This document shows positions 1 to 12,808 of a stretch of 64,000 nucleotides of DNA, piece by piece. The position numbers and the translations under genes were made by a program. The notes under the pieces were generated by a model. The model was not told where the DNA came from. It made no database searches and saw nothing but the letters and a program-made list of their open reading frames with translations. This DNA is from Rhizodiscina lignyota. Its lineage: Eukaryota. Each line of letters begins with the position of its first letter. Position 1 is the first letter of the stretch. The stretch spans positions 3,196,453-3,260,452 of the forward strand of contig ML978122.1 in assembly GCA_010015805.1 (NCBI GenBank). Direction: 5' to 3'.

Positions 1-1723
1 TCGAATGACTCGAGTATCGATGTAGCGGGTAGGATGTTTGTTCACCAAACGACCACCACAACGTCACCAATCCGGGAAACCGAGGATGAAGCTTCTGTAA
101 GACTATATTGCGCCTATTCCTTGAAAGGTATGAATACAGTACTTACTTCTTGAGCGTAGAGGAGTAGTAGCGATAGGTTAACCACAAATTCGACGATACA
201 GCACCTCGACACGCCCAGTAAAGCTGCCAGCTTTACCCTCCCTGCGATCACCGTACCTGATGAGGCTATCATTTGCTCTCGCTCTTTGGAGTGTCTCAAT
301 CAAATGCCACATGGTACGGACAGGGCCCGATTGCAGACTTTCCCGGTGCAGAACAGTTCGACTACGGACTATGGGCCTTCGAGCCAGAATTTGGCGCAAT
401 CCATCACTGAGAAGGATAAAGAGCTTGCCAGGCTCAGTGCAATTATCGAGAGTCAACAGCAGACGATTCGGAGGCAGCAAATGCTTCTCGAACGCAGTTT
501 CGAAACTTGTGACTCCAGATACGGCAAACTCTCTCATGGGAAACGCGATGAAATGAACATGTGTCGCGAATTGGACAGAAAAATTGTTCAGTTGATTAAC
601 GAACAAGAGCTGGAAAGGAAGAAGTGGCAAAGGGAATCTGAAAGCTGGAGCTATGCGGTGCTCCACGGATCCAAAGAAGATGAAGTCTTCAAGTTGCGAG
701 AAGAGCTCGCGAACCTGGAAGAAAAGCAGATGGAATACCGGCAGCTGTTCAGCTTTGTGCGTAATGACAGAACGATGGCCGAGAGCTCGAAGCTAAGCGA
801 TATCCACGAAAAGATGGATTATCTCGTTAGGGATGTGATGATTCTTTCGAATGCATTTGATGGGTCCACCTTTCGAAGTCGGACGCCGCCGCCGCCAAAT
901 TCAGATGCGGAGCAGCTAATTCGACGGGTACTGACCGGCGTTCCAAGATCACTATCACCAGAATCCTTTTCCGTATCCACCGAATCGCTCATGAACACGG
1001 TTGATAGTGTGAAAGGCAGCGGTCTCGCGGCCGCTGTCGTCAGCGTGGCTTTCCAGGAATGGATATTTGAGGCTGATTGGCCTAACTTCGACCCAGAAAA
1101 GAACGAGCTCCTTGACATATATAGAGATCAGCAACGCCAGCAAGCAGGTAAGTTGCTTATCATACATGCTTTGATAGCGTACCACTGACTAGCTTTACAT
1201 AGATGGGCTTCACCTGCTGAGGGGTCGAGATTGTGCAGCACATCGGACCTTGGTCGAAAGGCCTGGCTTCACCAAGCATCAACTTCCTTCCAAAGCGGAA
1301 GAGCTTGCAAACCGGATCAAAGAAGCTTTATCAACCATCTTTCTCTGGGTAGAAGACGAAGAGAGGCTTCGAGAACTAAAGAGGCTGATTGAGGACGCTC
1401 TGAATCTGAAAGTGTTGGTGCTCACTGGAAACATAACTTACTCTTTGTTGACAGTGAAGCCTGGTACACCATTCAACCCCAGAGTCATGCACATTGACCA
1501 TGATGGCAGTGCATCAGCAGAACTGGCCCAAAATTCCGCCGCGGTCGTGAAATTTTGTCGCTTCCCCGCCCTCTTCGTGCGCAAATCGGCGGCTCCTGCA
1601 GACGTGGAAGAGGGCCATGATATGTCCCGAGGCCTCGTTAGCCTACAAACATTCGGGCCAATCGGCTTGGACGACGTGCGCAACCATGACTGTCTGCTGA
1701 AGGCGAAGGTTCTTCTGGGTTAG
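1..1723 (+). CDS. Hypothetical coiled-coil protein with a GrpE-like C-terminal beta domain; 5' end at ATG 34 or upstream of the window; exons <1-96, 160-1147, 1203-1723
   Basis: Frame is open from base 1. Introns 97-159 (GTAAGA...TAG) and 1148-1202 (GTAAGT...CTGAC...TAG) join the ORFs 286..1188 and 1250..1723 in frame. Q/E/K-rich heptad region. C-terminal motifs PGTPFNPRVM, VVKFCRFPAL and LLKAKV. Confidence 0.75.
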
Positions 1724-2307
1724 CGAGTGCACATCGGAGTGGGTGGAACGATCAGAATGCTCAATGGAATATGGTGATAAAGGAGTTGTATCAGATGGAC
1801 TTAGGCATATCAGCATCGGCTTAGATATAGCAGTGTTGAAAGCATGGCAAGGAATGAGCATGAAGCAAACATTTCGCGAGGTTCGGTGGTGAAGTACTCC
1901 GTAAAACAAATGCCAAGTCGTCCGTCAAACAAGGGTTACGATAAGCGACCTCAGGACGGGGTTTCGGCGCGCAAAGATCCAGGTACATGCAGGTGGATTA
2001 GTACCTAAATTCTAGGTTGGGTAGTAGGGAGTACCCGAACGCCGACTAATCTCGCCCAAGGCTCCGAACGATAAAGGTGAGCAGTTTCCCTGTCCTTTCA
2101 CGTATAACACACGAACAGCCACGCCTTTGTTTTAGAAATATAGTTCATTCAGGCTAGCAATTACAGTTCTATCTTACGCGACGAACAGAAAAACATATGA
2201 TTTTAGAAGATTTGTCTCCAAACTTCCAAAGCTACGTAACCGAAACTCTTGTTCGCGGGAAGAGTCAGAGCCGTATCTCAACCGAGAAAGAGGCAAGGCC
2301 AGCTCAG

Positions 2308-3040
2308 CTATCCCATACCATTCTCGAAGGACGACCCAATTGGAATGAACTTGCCCTTGATTTTGTTTCTGCTCTTGAAAGGATATTCGACGCTCGCTTC
2401 GATATTACAGCCATTGAGTTCAAGCATGACGCCAACAGTGAGCTCGCGATGAGGCTTCCCCTTCTTGGGATAGATGAATTTACGTTTGGTTTCAAGGCGC
2501 GACATGTCGATCACTATCTCGCCGATCTCTTCGCAGTCTTCGAGAAAGTTAGACAGTACATCAAGGCGGGTAAAGATGCTCGTACCGGCATTCCTGGGGT
2601 GATCAAGCGGAAAGCCAGACTCAAAGTTGTTCTCCGACTCGTAAACGCCTTCTAGGATCACGGGAGGCTCCCCGACGGCTATTTTGTGAATTGATTTTAT
2701 CGACTCCGACATGAAACGCTCAGGGACCGTGGTGGTCAAACTCTGTTCTGCTATCAGCTAATTGTTTTGCCGCTAAGTAATCGCCTGAAAGCGCTTGTCG
2801 TGCTTGAATAGGCGTATTGTGAGGTTTGACGGCACAAATAGTTCGGTTGATTTGAGAGGATATTATTTTGGATTGGGATCGTCTTTTCGGTGATGATACG
2901 ACTGGCCTCCTTCTGAGCCTCGAGCGAATTATCTTTGCTCTTGTACGACCTGACGGCACATTTTCGGATCATTGTTCTTCAGAAAGGTGAAATGATAATA
3001 TATCTATCTTTACGCCCCGTCTGGCCTTTCACTGTGGAAG
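2308..3040 (-). pseudogene. Truncated, frameshifted relic of a protein-coding gene resembling the C-terminus of fungal Hsp70-like (HSPA12-type actin-like ATPase) proteins
   Basis: Minus ORFs 2754..2972 and 2308..2739 are in different frames with stops between them. The region shows codon-level homology to a second copy at 17440-17780. The tail (VYESE..LDHPRNAG..GEIVIDMS..GKPH..LELNGCNIEASVEYP..IGSSFENG*) matches my recollection of that family's C-terminus. No database search was done. Confidence 0.5.
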
Positions 3041-3175
3041 CATGTGGAGAAACCGATTCCCCTCGGCGCAAAGGATGAGTCGCCTTCTTGCACAGGACAA
3101 GTCCCCTCGAAAACAGGAAGGCGCGCAAGAACGGCATGTCTCTGCGACCTGCATGGTCGTGCTTGATCGAAGACT

Positions 3176-4764
3176 TCAGTAAATCTCCCACAAACTGACC
3201 TTCCCGTCCTTCGACCCTGCCGCAACCCAATGTGTCGCCTGAGTCTTAGCCTCTCGCCTCGCGCTCGCAGTTATGACATTCCCTGCCTTCTGAAGATTCA
3301 CAGTGATGCCGGATGATGGCGCCTTTCCCTTGCTGCTGCTCGCGATGTTCATATCGCGCAGGGCATCCTCCACAGGGACCTTGTCGTTACTATTTTCGCT
3401 TTCGTTGGCCGCGGCATTGGAGGATGCGCTAGGGGTGGGCAGGGTCTCCGCGAACGCAACCGCATAGCAGCCTTCTTTGTGCCACTTTAGCACTGCGAGC
3501 TCTTGGAGGGATTTGGTGGCGTAGACTCGCACGCGGTTGTCCCATCCCGCAGTTGCGAGAATCTGTTCGTCGTCTCGGATGGTGAGAGACTGCTGGCCGG
3601 AGTGCTTGGTGTGTATGATTTTCTTTGGAGCGGTTGTCGCTACTGACAGAGATGCTGTTGGAGATGCTGTTGGAAGGGGATGTTGAGCGATAATGTCATC
3701 TGCGGAAGATGTGTAGAAGAAGCCCGTTTTCGGGGCGACGCAGAGTGATAGAATAGGCTCAGAATGAGGCTGTGAGAGATACACTTGGGACCAAGTGCGG
3801 GAATGGGGGTTCAGTTCGTGCATGCAGACGTATCCGGATTCATAGCCCGCGATTAGTAGCAGGCGACGAGAGGAAGGGTAGTACAGCAACTCGATAGCCA
3901 TGACCATGCCAATGCCAGTGACTGCTATGGAGGTAGATGCGTTTGAACGTGAGGGGAGCCGTGGTGGTGGACATGTCGAGAGAACACGCTCTGTTGGAAG
4001 GCGGTAGATGTCGATTGAGGATTCCTTGCTCGAAGGGACAGCTACGTAGACGGAATTGGCGAAATTGATGGCACCACTTGCAATATCTCCGTAGCTGAAG
4101 ACATTGTGCCATTCACGCAAGAAAGCGAAACCGCAGAAGTTGAGGGTATTGACAGATAATGAATGCAGAATTGTCGGAGGAGTACGGGATGAAGTAGAGT
4201 CGTCAATGGGGAGAATTTTACAGCACGCAGATTCGTCAGTAGGTCTGAGCTGCCATACTCTGAGAGTTGAGTCCCGCCCGTGGCTGTGGAGAGACGTAAG
4301 AATTTGAGTATACAGCGCAACTCACGCCTTTTCTCGACGATCGAAGGATGTCTGAAAGTTTCGATCGACGTAATATGACGAAATTCAGGAAATAGAAAAT
4401 CCACATACGTAATGATGCGGTTTGACGTCCATTCCATCAGCTTGAGAATAGGGCCATCGTGCGCCCGCCATACAGCAACTGGTCGCCTGGTTGCCAAATT
4501 CCATACGACGACCCAGCCATCCGCATCCCCTGTCAGGAGGCGACTGTGCCGGCGAAGGAACGCTACGGCGTGAATTTGGGAGGCGTGGCCACGGAGGATA
4601 TATTGTGGCTGTGCCGGCGGAAGCGTGCGCTGAGAGAATTGGGCGTTGTTTGTTTCCGATGCGTCGTCGTCGAATTCCTTTTCTATGTTTGTCGCTGGCC
4701 TGGGCCTTATCTCCGCACTGCCGTCCGCCTTTACTCCCCTTTCGCCCTCTTCAGCGAACGGCAT
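3176..4764 (-). CDS. ASA1: ASTRA-associated protein 1, WD40 repeat protein; exons 4764-4409, 4283-3176
   Basis: [13 protein letters not shown]...[13 protein letters not shown]...VAVWRAH. Intron 4408-4284 (GTATGT...CAG) restores THGRD..LRVW. Also [26 protein letters not shown] and [15 protein letters not shown]. Confidence 0.9.
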
Positions 4765-6268
4765 CTTCCTTCAACGGCGTCCACTCACGGCTCCGGCCAC
4801 GGCAAATATCAAAAGCAACGAGCATGAGATGAAGTCGGCGCGCATTACTGTGATCACCAGTGGAAGCAGAGCTGTTCCTTTCGACGCGAACTCTCAGAAA
4901 AGAAGCATGACTAAGGCGGCAGGGCAAAGATCGCTCCAAGGGTTCTGGCCGTGGCTGTGGCGCCTATTGGACAAGGACAGGGCTTTCGGTCTGCTTTTCG
5001 ATCCGCCGTCGTCGCTGCAAAGGTGGAAGGATAGTGTGCAGCGGCTTAGTCAGGGGTGCTCTGGTGTTCAGATGGAGAGCGAGGAGAGCTTATGCGACAG
5101 CGCGCCAAGGGCTGACGTGAAAGAGGCAACGGGACATGTAGGGGATTTGATATGGCGGCGGACGTTGGTGGTGAGTGCGCAGCGCGCTTGAAGAGACAGG
5201 CAAGCCAAGGCGGCTTGCGCGATAGCGCCCTGCATCGTCGCGTGCACCTGCCGCAGCAGCGCTGCAGCAAAAGCAAGGCCGCCGCGATATATCAGACTGC
5301 GATGCAGCAGAGCAGCGCACAATACATGCGAAATGCACCCTGGAAATTGCCCGTCACTGCGCGGGGCCTCCTGCCATCCGCACACACGCCCTCCCTCGCT
5401 TCTGGCCTGCATGGCGTTGCAACGAGGCCATCTTGTGTAAGAACACGGCCTGCTTGTGCCACCCAGTCTGCTCTGACGTGCGCCGCTTGTGGGCGCGAGT
5501 GTGTGCGTGTCGCCGTCGCAGCGCCGCCGGGCTCGCTCGCGCGCCCCTTTGTCTCTCGAGGTGTCTGTGGAGAGTCTGTCGTCTTGACTTGCGATTCGCC
5601 GGCGTGGCACGCGCTAGAAGCAGAAGAAGGCAGGCCCTACCGCCCGACGCGGCCTAGCGCGCTGGCCCGAGCGGCAGGTTAACGCTGATCGACGTGACTT
5701 GCACCACCAACCTGGCAAGCTGGATGTGCTCTCTCTGCTCACCACGCAACGCACCTGTCGCCCCATTCCTCGCTCTCATCCTCACCATCCTGCTCGCCCT
5801 CGCGCTCGCTCCCATCTGCTGCTGCCACTCGTCGTCGAAACGTCTGCTGCTGCCGCTCTTCGTCGCACATTCTCGACCGCCTCGAGTTTCTCCCCCTGCC
5901 CTCAAACAACTTCTCCAGACGCTCGACCCTCGCCCCGGTCATCCCACTGCGCCGACGAGCTTCCCACCACCTCGACATCATTCACACTGAAGCACGGCCG
6001 TGAACCATCCGAACTGCTGCAAGACCAATCCGTGTCGTCCATTGTTTCTTGCGTCACACTCTGTCGGCCTTTCGTCCAGACCGTTGACCATCCGCTCGCC
6101 ATCCTCACTAATCGCCCCGCTGCACCTCCACTGCGCCTCCGACAGCAAAAGCTCCGAACCGCACATGCGACGAAGCTACTATTCCTCCAGCACCGCAACC
6201 GCACTGTCCAAGTCGTTTCACACTCGACGGCTTCCGGTCGTGAATGCGCACCGGGCAATACTGCTCGA

Positions 6269-9200
6269 ATGTATAACGACACGCACAACGCGAGACTCTC
6301 CACCCAGTCCCCTCTAGGTGTACCCTGCACACTCGGAACAATTGGCTTTCACTTCTTCCGTTGTGCGCAGTAAAAGACTTCGAGTGCTTCGCTCGCAACA
6401 TCTTCATTTCATCATCCGTAATTGTAATTGCATACTCGTAACTCTTCACGCTGGCGACCGTATACGAACAGCCTGGGTCTCTTCAGGCATTTCCATACAT
6501 ATCTACCAATGCGCACGAGCCGAGAACCTCACCATCGACTGCGTCTGACTATACTTTGACAGGCGATCGAGTCTCGGACAAACGAAGCGCGAGCTCCCAG
6601 TCCAGCCCTCGTCCGCCTAAGAGACGGAAGGAAGCGAGACCACAATACACGCGTGAAGCTCAGAGTGGAGGGAGTGCTAAGACCGAGCCAGGGGAAGCTA
6701 TGGTTCGTGGAGATGCGTCCGGCACCGCTGCAAATGCCGACGCTGGCCAGGCTAGCAAGCCCAAGCGAGTTCGAACTGGATGCCTTACATGTCGTGAGCG
6801 ACACCTCAAGTGCGACGAAGGCCTTCCCAATTGCCAAAACTGCCGAAAGTCGAGTCGTACCTGTAAGCGAGGCATCAAGCTCAATTTTATTGACATAACA
6901 GTCAAGCAACCACCGATTCTGCTTACGTCCAGGGGAGGGGACACCAGGTTCGAAGACAACTCGAGAGAGATTGCATCCGAATACAAAGGTGGCCTTGCTA
7001 AATATGGTCTGCCTGAGACTCCTCGCGCGCCTGCAATCGAACCTACAATAACTTATGACTTTGGCCCCAATCCAAGTCACGCGCCTATGCATGCGTCCCA
7101 AGCATTACCACCCATTCAGGGTATGCTCCCGGATCAATACCAGGAAGAACTACAACAAAGGCCACACGACTCGCGGCGAGACTCATACCACCAGCACACC
7201 AGTTCACATTCGGACTCGGGCTATACCTCCTCGCAACTGGCTAATGCATCATACTCTAACCCGGAACAACCTCAAACCCCTTACAAAGAGATAAAATCGT
7301 ATTTGAATACACCGGATGAGGTCCTGTATATCCAGATCTTCATCGAAGAGGTCGGCTTGTGGATGGACAGCATGGACCCACACAAACATGTGAGCTTTAC
7401 TGACCAAACTCTATCGCGAAGGCTAATATAAGAAAGTTTTCACGCTTGCTGCCATTCAACTCATTATCCGAGCCCATGCTGCTCAATGCGTTCTTAGCGT
7501 GTGGTGCTCGCCACATGTCGCTCGTCAACCTCCAATTCTCCGAGGAGAAGGCGTTGTATTATTACAATACTGCCACAACGCACCTGCTCAATGCCCTCCA
7601 GGACCCAAATCGTGATACTGTCATCTGTGCTACCACCGCTGTTATTCTCAACGTATATGAGATCATGTGTGAGCGTGCTCTACAGCGTATGAATCACATT
7701 GCGGGCGCGAGGGCGTTGATAAAAGAGTGCCGCTGGAATGCAAAAAGCACTGGCATTGGTGCCGCATGCTTCTGGTTGAATGTCGGCATGGAGCTGTTGA
7801 GCTGCTTGCATTTCAACTGGCAAGTGGCTTGGGATCCGGATGAGTGGGGCGTGGACATGGACTTCTCGCGAGAGTCTGAGACGAACCGTGAGGAAGTTTG
7901 GACGTATCGCATTCTCTACATTGTCGCCAAGATTGCCAACTTCCGCGCCGCCGCATCCGTAAAGACCCATGAAGGGAGCCCCCGGACGGAGGAGTACCGG
8001 CTGCAGCACCGCTACGCAGAGTGGCAAAGGCTGAAGCATTTGGCAGACAGTTGGAATGAGTGCATACCCAGGACGATGCATCCGTTAGCGTATTTGGAAG
8101 CACACCGGACGAGAGATAACAACCCGTTCCCAGAGGTCTACCTGATCAAACGAACGACGATTGTAGCACGGCTATTTTATCACACTGCTATGGTGTTGCT
8201 GGCACAAATCAATCCCGTCGGAGACAGTGTGGTAGATGAAATGCGGAAGATGCAGTCACAGCATTCGACTCTGATTTGTGGGATCGTTGCTCATACGAAA
8301 GACAGGTAAGCTATCCTTCCCACGACCTCATACTTGTCTCTTGCAACGAAACTTGGTTACTCTTATCAGTCGCAGACGATGGCAGATGAAACTGAACAGA
8401 CTAACATTTCTTAAACAGAGGCGTTGCTTCAGTCGCGCTTCGGTCACTTGCGATCGCCTCCGAATGTCTCACCAACCGCCGTGAGCAAGAGGAGGTACTA
8501 GCAATCTTCGAGCGAATCCGCAAAAACACTGGTTGGCGCATCGGCTTTGTGAAAAAGGAGCTGCCCCTCAAATGGGGCTGGACTGAACTGTCGCCTCCCA
8601 ATACTGGAACGTCTTCTTCACACTCCTCGACAGCATCGTCCGCATCGGTACCGAATCCTTACTCCCAGAATCACAGCAATTCAAGTTCAGCTGCTGTCTC
8701 GCAAGGCTTCGCGCCACCGCAATCTCAAGCAACGGCTCCTGCGCCCTCGCAGCACCGTACAAGCCTCAGTGGCGGTGCTGGCATGACTGCTGCCCAATCA
8801 GCCCAACAAGTTGTTCTGCAACACCAGCAAAGCCCTGTCCAGACGCCACCAAGCCTCCAACCCTATCAAAACCATCTTCCCCCATCTATCCATCACCAGC
8901 AAGCTTATCAATCCTCAGGACAGCCGAATGTTAGCGTTCAGCACCCACATCATCAGCATGGGCACGCTCATCCTCACCATCACACTTCGTCCGTTTCGCA
9001 CCCGCAGCCGCAACATCAAGCGTCAGTAGTCTCACACCAACACTCTCACTCTCACTCGATACCTCATCATCAGCAGCAGTCTCAGCAGAATCCTATCCAG
9101 TCGCATTCACAGCAGCAGGTGCAACAGCCAGTGCAACAACACCAGCAAGCTCCACAACGTCGTGCTACTGCTCCTACATTTGTCAACCCACTCGCCGGCG

Positions 9201-9355
9201 CGGACTTTGCGCTGCCGCAGCATCCGTATCAGAGCTATTACGTCCCGGCGAGCGTGAACAATGCTCAGGTGCACCACGCTGGTATTCCGAGCTCGGGCTC
9301 GAGCTCGTTGTCCAATTCCATGAGCGGCGTGGGCGGACTGAGCTTCGGTTTCTGA
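6269..9355 (+). CDS. Zn(II)2Cys6 transcription factor with fungal-specific TF domain and His/Gln-rich tail; exons (6269-6317 tentative), 6563-7389, 7437-8305, 8419-9355
   Basis: KRVRTGCLTCRERHLKCDEGLPNCQNCRKSSRTC zinc cluster. Introns 7390-7436 and 8306-8418 join the ORFs in frame. An acceptor (CTGAC...CAG) ends at 6562. The first exon is tentative: phase-compatible, but with a weak GTGTAC donor. Confidence 0.88.
8810..9150 (+). repeat. Low-complexity CAG/CAC/CAT-rich coding tract (poly-Gln/His) in the TF C-terminus
   Basis: Translated segments such as QHPHHQHGHAHPHHH and HHQQQSQQNPIQSHSQQQVQQPVQQHQQ. Confidence 0.8.
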
Positions 9356-12300
9356 ACAAGCCCCCCATCGATACCCTTACTCTGACGACTAACGACCTGG
9401 TTTTCTATCGCATGTACGATAAGCGTGCCTTTCCCACTTCGCTACTCTTTAATTCACGTCCAGTATTTTAATAAAAGCATTTTGGTTGGGTGGCGTACTT
9501 CACCAAGGAACGAGGATCTGGAGCGGTCAAAAGTTGTCTCATTTTCCAGCACAGCGATGGCGCTGACGGGGGCGGTCATTATTGCAAGGGCGGCCTTTGT
9601 CCACTTTAGCGATGCATGTGGTTGGTGGGGAGGAAGGGATTTGCGGGACATGGTCGACACGTATGGCATGTATTTGTACGACACTGGACGTTGTTACGAT
9701 TTTGCTCTCTGGCTTGAGAAGAGGGGACATGGCTTTAATGTGGCTATGGAACTTGAACTAGTCTGGGACGTGGGATGATGCCGAAAAGCGACTGTGCGCG
9801 ATCCGACGCGCCTCTTCAAAAACTTAGACGAGTCTATGCATACGCTGTAGATGTAATGTATATACGATATTGCGTATTCAAGTCAGAACCGACCTCGGAG
9901 TGTTTGTGAAGAATAGCTTCACCGGCATGCAGGATCCTTTCAATCGCCTCTGAATTTATGAACATCGATGCGTTTGATCGGTTGTCTGTACACAACTTTT
10001 ATTGTCCCATGTGCGAAGGAAGTGCCCAATTCAGAATTGGTGTTTCAATTGCATGTGAAGCGTACGTTCGACGACTCACAGAATGATTTACTGCGCCGAT
10101 GCGGCGCTATGAAAATCAGGACGTATGAGCAAGGCTGTCTCCTGCCTGTCTAATTACTATTAACGCTGGGTATATAGAGCCATCAAGGTGTTATCCGATG
10201 TCCGACGGGAAGATGCATAAGTCGTTGCCGCGGAAGATCCGACATAGTGGGCTGTGAGGATTAATGCGTCTCCAACGGGTGACACGATCGAGATTCTGTG
10301 CCCGATGGGAACACACAGAAGCCTTTATCTGTTTGGGCTATTTGAGACGGTAGGCTATAAAGTCACATCTCTGCCGGGCTATTACCGCCGAGTTCCCGTC
10401 ACCGATGGGGTCGAATTCCGTGGGTGGAGTGTCTCGTCTTTCGGTGTCCTTTTGTAATTGTGGATGTGACATAATATCTTGTAGAATTCTCATGTCTATT
10501 CTCATCAACAATTCCACCAGTCAATTTCCTTTCATCGATGATGCTATCCGAGAGACGATGAAGGGCCGATCATAATCGTAAATGGACGAGGGAGCTTCCC
10601 TGCTCCCGACAAGCGAATAGATGTTCAGAAGTAGAGGTTCACAGTGAAGTTTAACTCTTACTGTCGAGACCCGGAGCGATGGGCGTCCATCAATACTGGC
10701 AATGCGTCCTGCTTGCGAAAATGGAATCGTACAACAATAATCTTTCGGATGTCGCATTGCATCGCGGAGGCTGAAGGAGCGGGCGGCGGGCGCAATCTCG
10801 AGTGGAATACAGTTGGGTTCTGTCTGTCAAAGCGACCTTGGTACATGCTGCGTTCGACGCACGAGTGCATTATTATCTAATCGTGGGTGAATTTAGGGAT
10901 TGCCGTGGTAGAGTTTGCGAGGAGGCAGCAGAGAGGAGGCAGCAGAGAGGAGTCGGTCTCGTCGCGTGGTTTTAAAGGTGGCCGCGTCGACGATCCTATC
11001 CCAGCGCGGCAATGACATTCCAAGGATGAGGCCAAGCCAAGATTCAATGCTGCACGAAGCTACACATCCTCCTTCAACTGCACGATGCCACGGTCGACCC
11101 TGTCCGCACATATCGAGAGCACTGAATCGGCCTCGCGAACCTTGTTGCAGGCATGGGCTGAGTCAAGCATACGACAAGCATGACAAGACCGAATAAGCCC
11201 TATACCGTCTCAAGGCTAAGGACGGGCCACAAGCCATGTGGCACCAGCGGCTCCGTTGGTCGACATTAGATCCCATTTCTGCACCTTCTCCGACCGATCC
11301 GAGCCTAGATCCCCCGGATCTGAGGACCTTTCGGAGAGAAAGCGAACGGTACCGACGCAGCTCAAAGTAAGTTTTCTCTATGCTACTCAAATGCCTTATC
11401 CCGCGATCACTAATAACCTTACAGAGATAATGCTGCGGCCGATAGTGTTGAGCTCAGCTACGCCTAATCTATACAGTGTCTAACCGTCGACCCCGAATCT
11501 TATATGCCGTCCTCAACGATGTATTGATCACAATGCTTGGCTCGCAAAGCCACAGAAACGTTCTCCCTTCACTGGCTGACCGTAGTCATCTCTTCCTTAC
11601 CCTAGAGTGATGCCAAGAAAAAGATGCATCAGTCTGGACCATTACAGATCTCCAGGTACCCCATACGATTCATCTATCTTGCTTCTGGAATGGCTCGCTC
11701 CCCAGGCAACCTCATGGACTTCACCAATGCGGAAGCTGGTGGCATGTCGCAAGAGCGAGGAACTCGAAGGGGGCCTATTTTCGGCATCAACAACCCTCGA
11801 TCTCCTTCTAGAGGATGTGCTTCCAGGGACCGTTGTTCACTGCAATCCGTTTCCTGGCATCAATTGCCCTGCAAAGATTCGGCGTTCATAGAATCCAGCA
11901 AAACGTGGTTGCCCTGCAAGTCATCGTCCCCTGGCTTCAGCACTCTAAACAACTCTGCCCTGAGGATCCGGAGGACCTTGGCAAGCGGACTGATGCCAAC
12001 TCGCTCTCTGCAGTGACTTTGACATTCACACCCCGCTCGGACGCTTTCATATTACGCTCTCCTCAAGGTTCCCTTGCCAGCCACTCTGAGCTGAACAAAC
12101 GCAAGTATCCCAAGATCCTCAATCCCGCTCATCTCCCCACATCTCAAATACGCGAAGTATTTGAACCTGGTCAGACGTCCGTCAAATATCAGAGAGATGC
12201 CAAGAAAAGGCGGCGGTATACGAACACCTTCCGCCATCAGCCAACAAGTCCTTTGCTCGGTCCGCCAGCGATCTCATGGACCGGCTTCTCTCACCACATC

Positions 12301-12808
12301 CTCATGACTATGTGCCCCCTGGCAACATTAGGTCTGCAATGCAATCATTCTTCTTCTCTCCACCGAGTTATTGTTATCTCACTGAGTCGTGCCATGGTTC
12401 CTGAGAGCGGCCTCGATGCTTCCAAATTGCTTCTAGTCAATATCTCAATTTTGAATTCCTGGTCGTCATAGTCGCTTCTTGCGGATTGGACGTTAGGCTA
12501 GCTCTTCTACATGCACGGTTTGGAGTATAAAGAGGGCGGTGGACCTGCTATAATATCTCTCAGTTCCTTAAGTGACACAGATATCAATTGTTGATCTCCA
12601 CAGGAATTCGTTGCTTCAGCCGTTGACTGTTTTCTTTCAGAAACATCAAAGTTATTCCGGCATCGTACACTCTCCACGGTCCAACGAAACAATGGTACTA
12701 TTTCCCTCTCTCATTTCTATGTATCACTACCATACAATTAGCATATCCTGTTTACCTTCACACGATCAAATTCACAAACATGAATGCCAAGCTCACCGCC
12801 GTGTCACT

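Noticed and set aside
2197..2655. 152-aa plus-strand ORF
   Set aside because: It lies antisense to the minus-strand relic, whose strand is supported by homology to the 17.5-kb copy; no recognisable motif.
5046..6449. Many overlapping 60-220 aa ORFs between ASA1 and the TF
   Set aside because: A by-product of high GC content; Arg/Ala/Pro/Cys-rich translations without motifs or codon bias.
6318..6562. Stwintron (nested intron) explanation for the weak donor here, also tested for TauD intron 62204-62032
   Set aside because: Removing candidate internal introns did not regenerate a consensus donor in the required phase.
9425..12700. Scattered ORFs (e.g. 11607..11891, 11815..12471) as genes or transposon remnants
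   Set aside because: No domain motifs, consistent splice model, terminal repeats or transposase/RT signatures that I could recognise.
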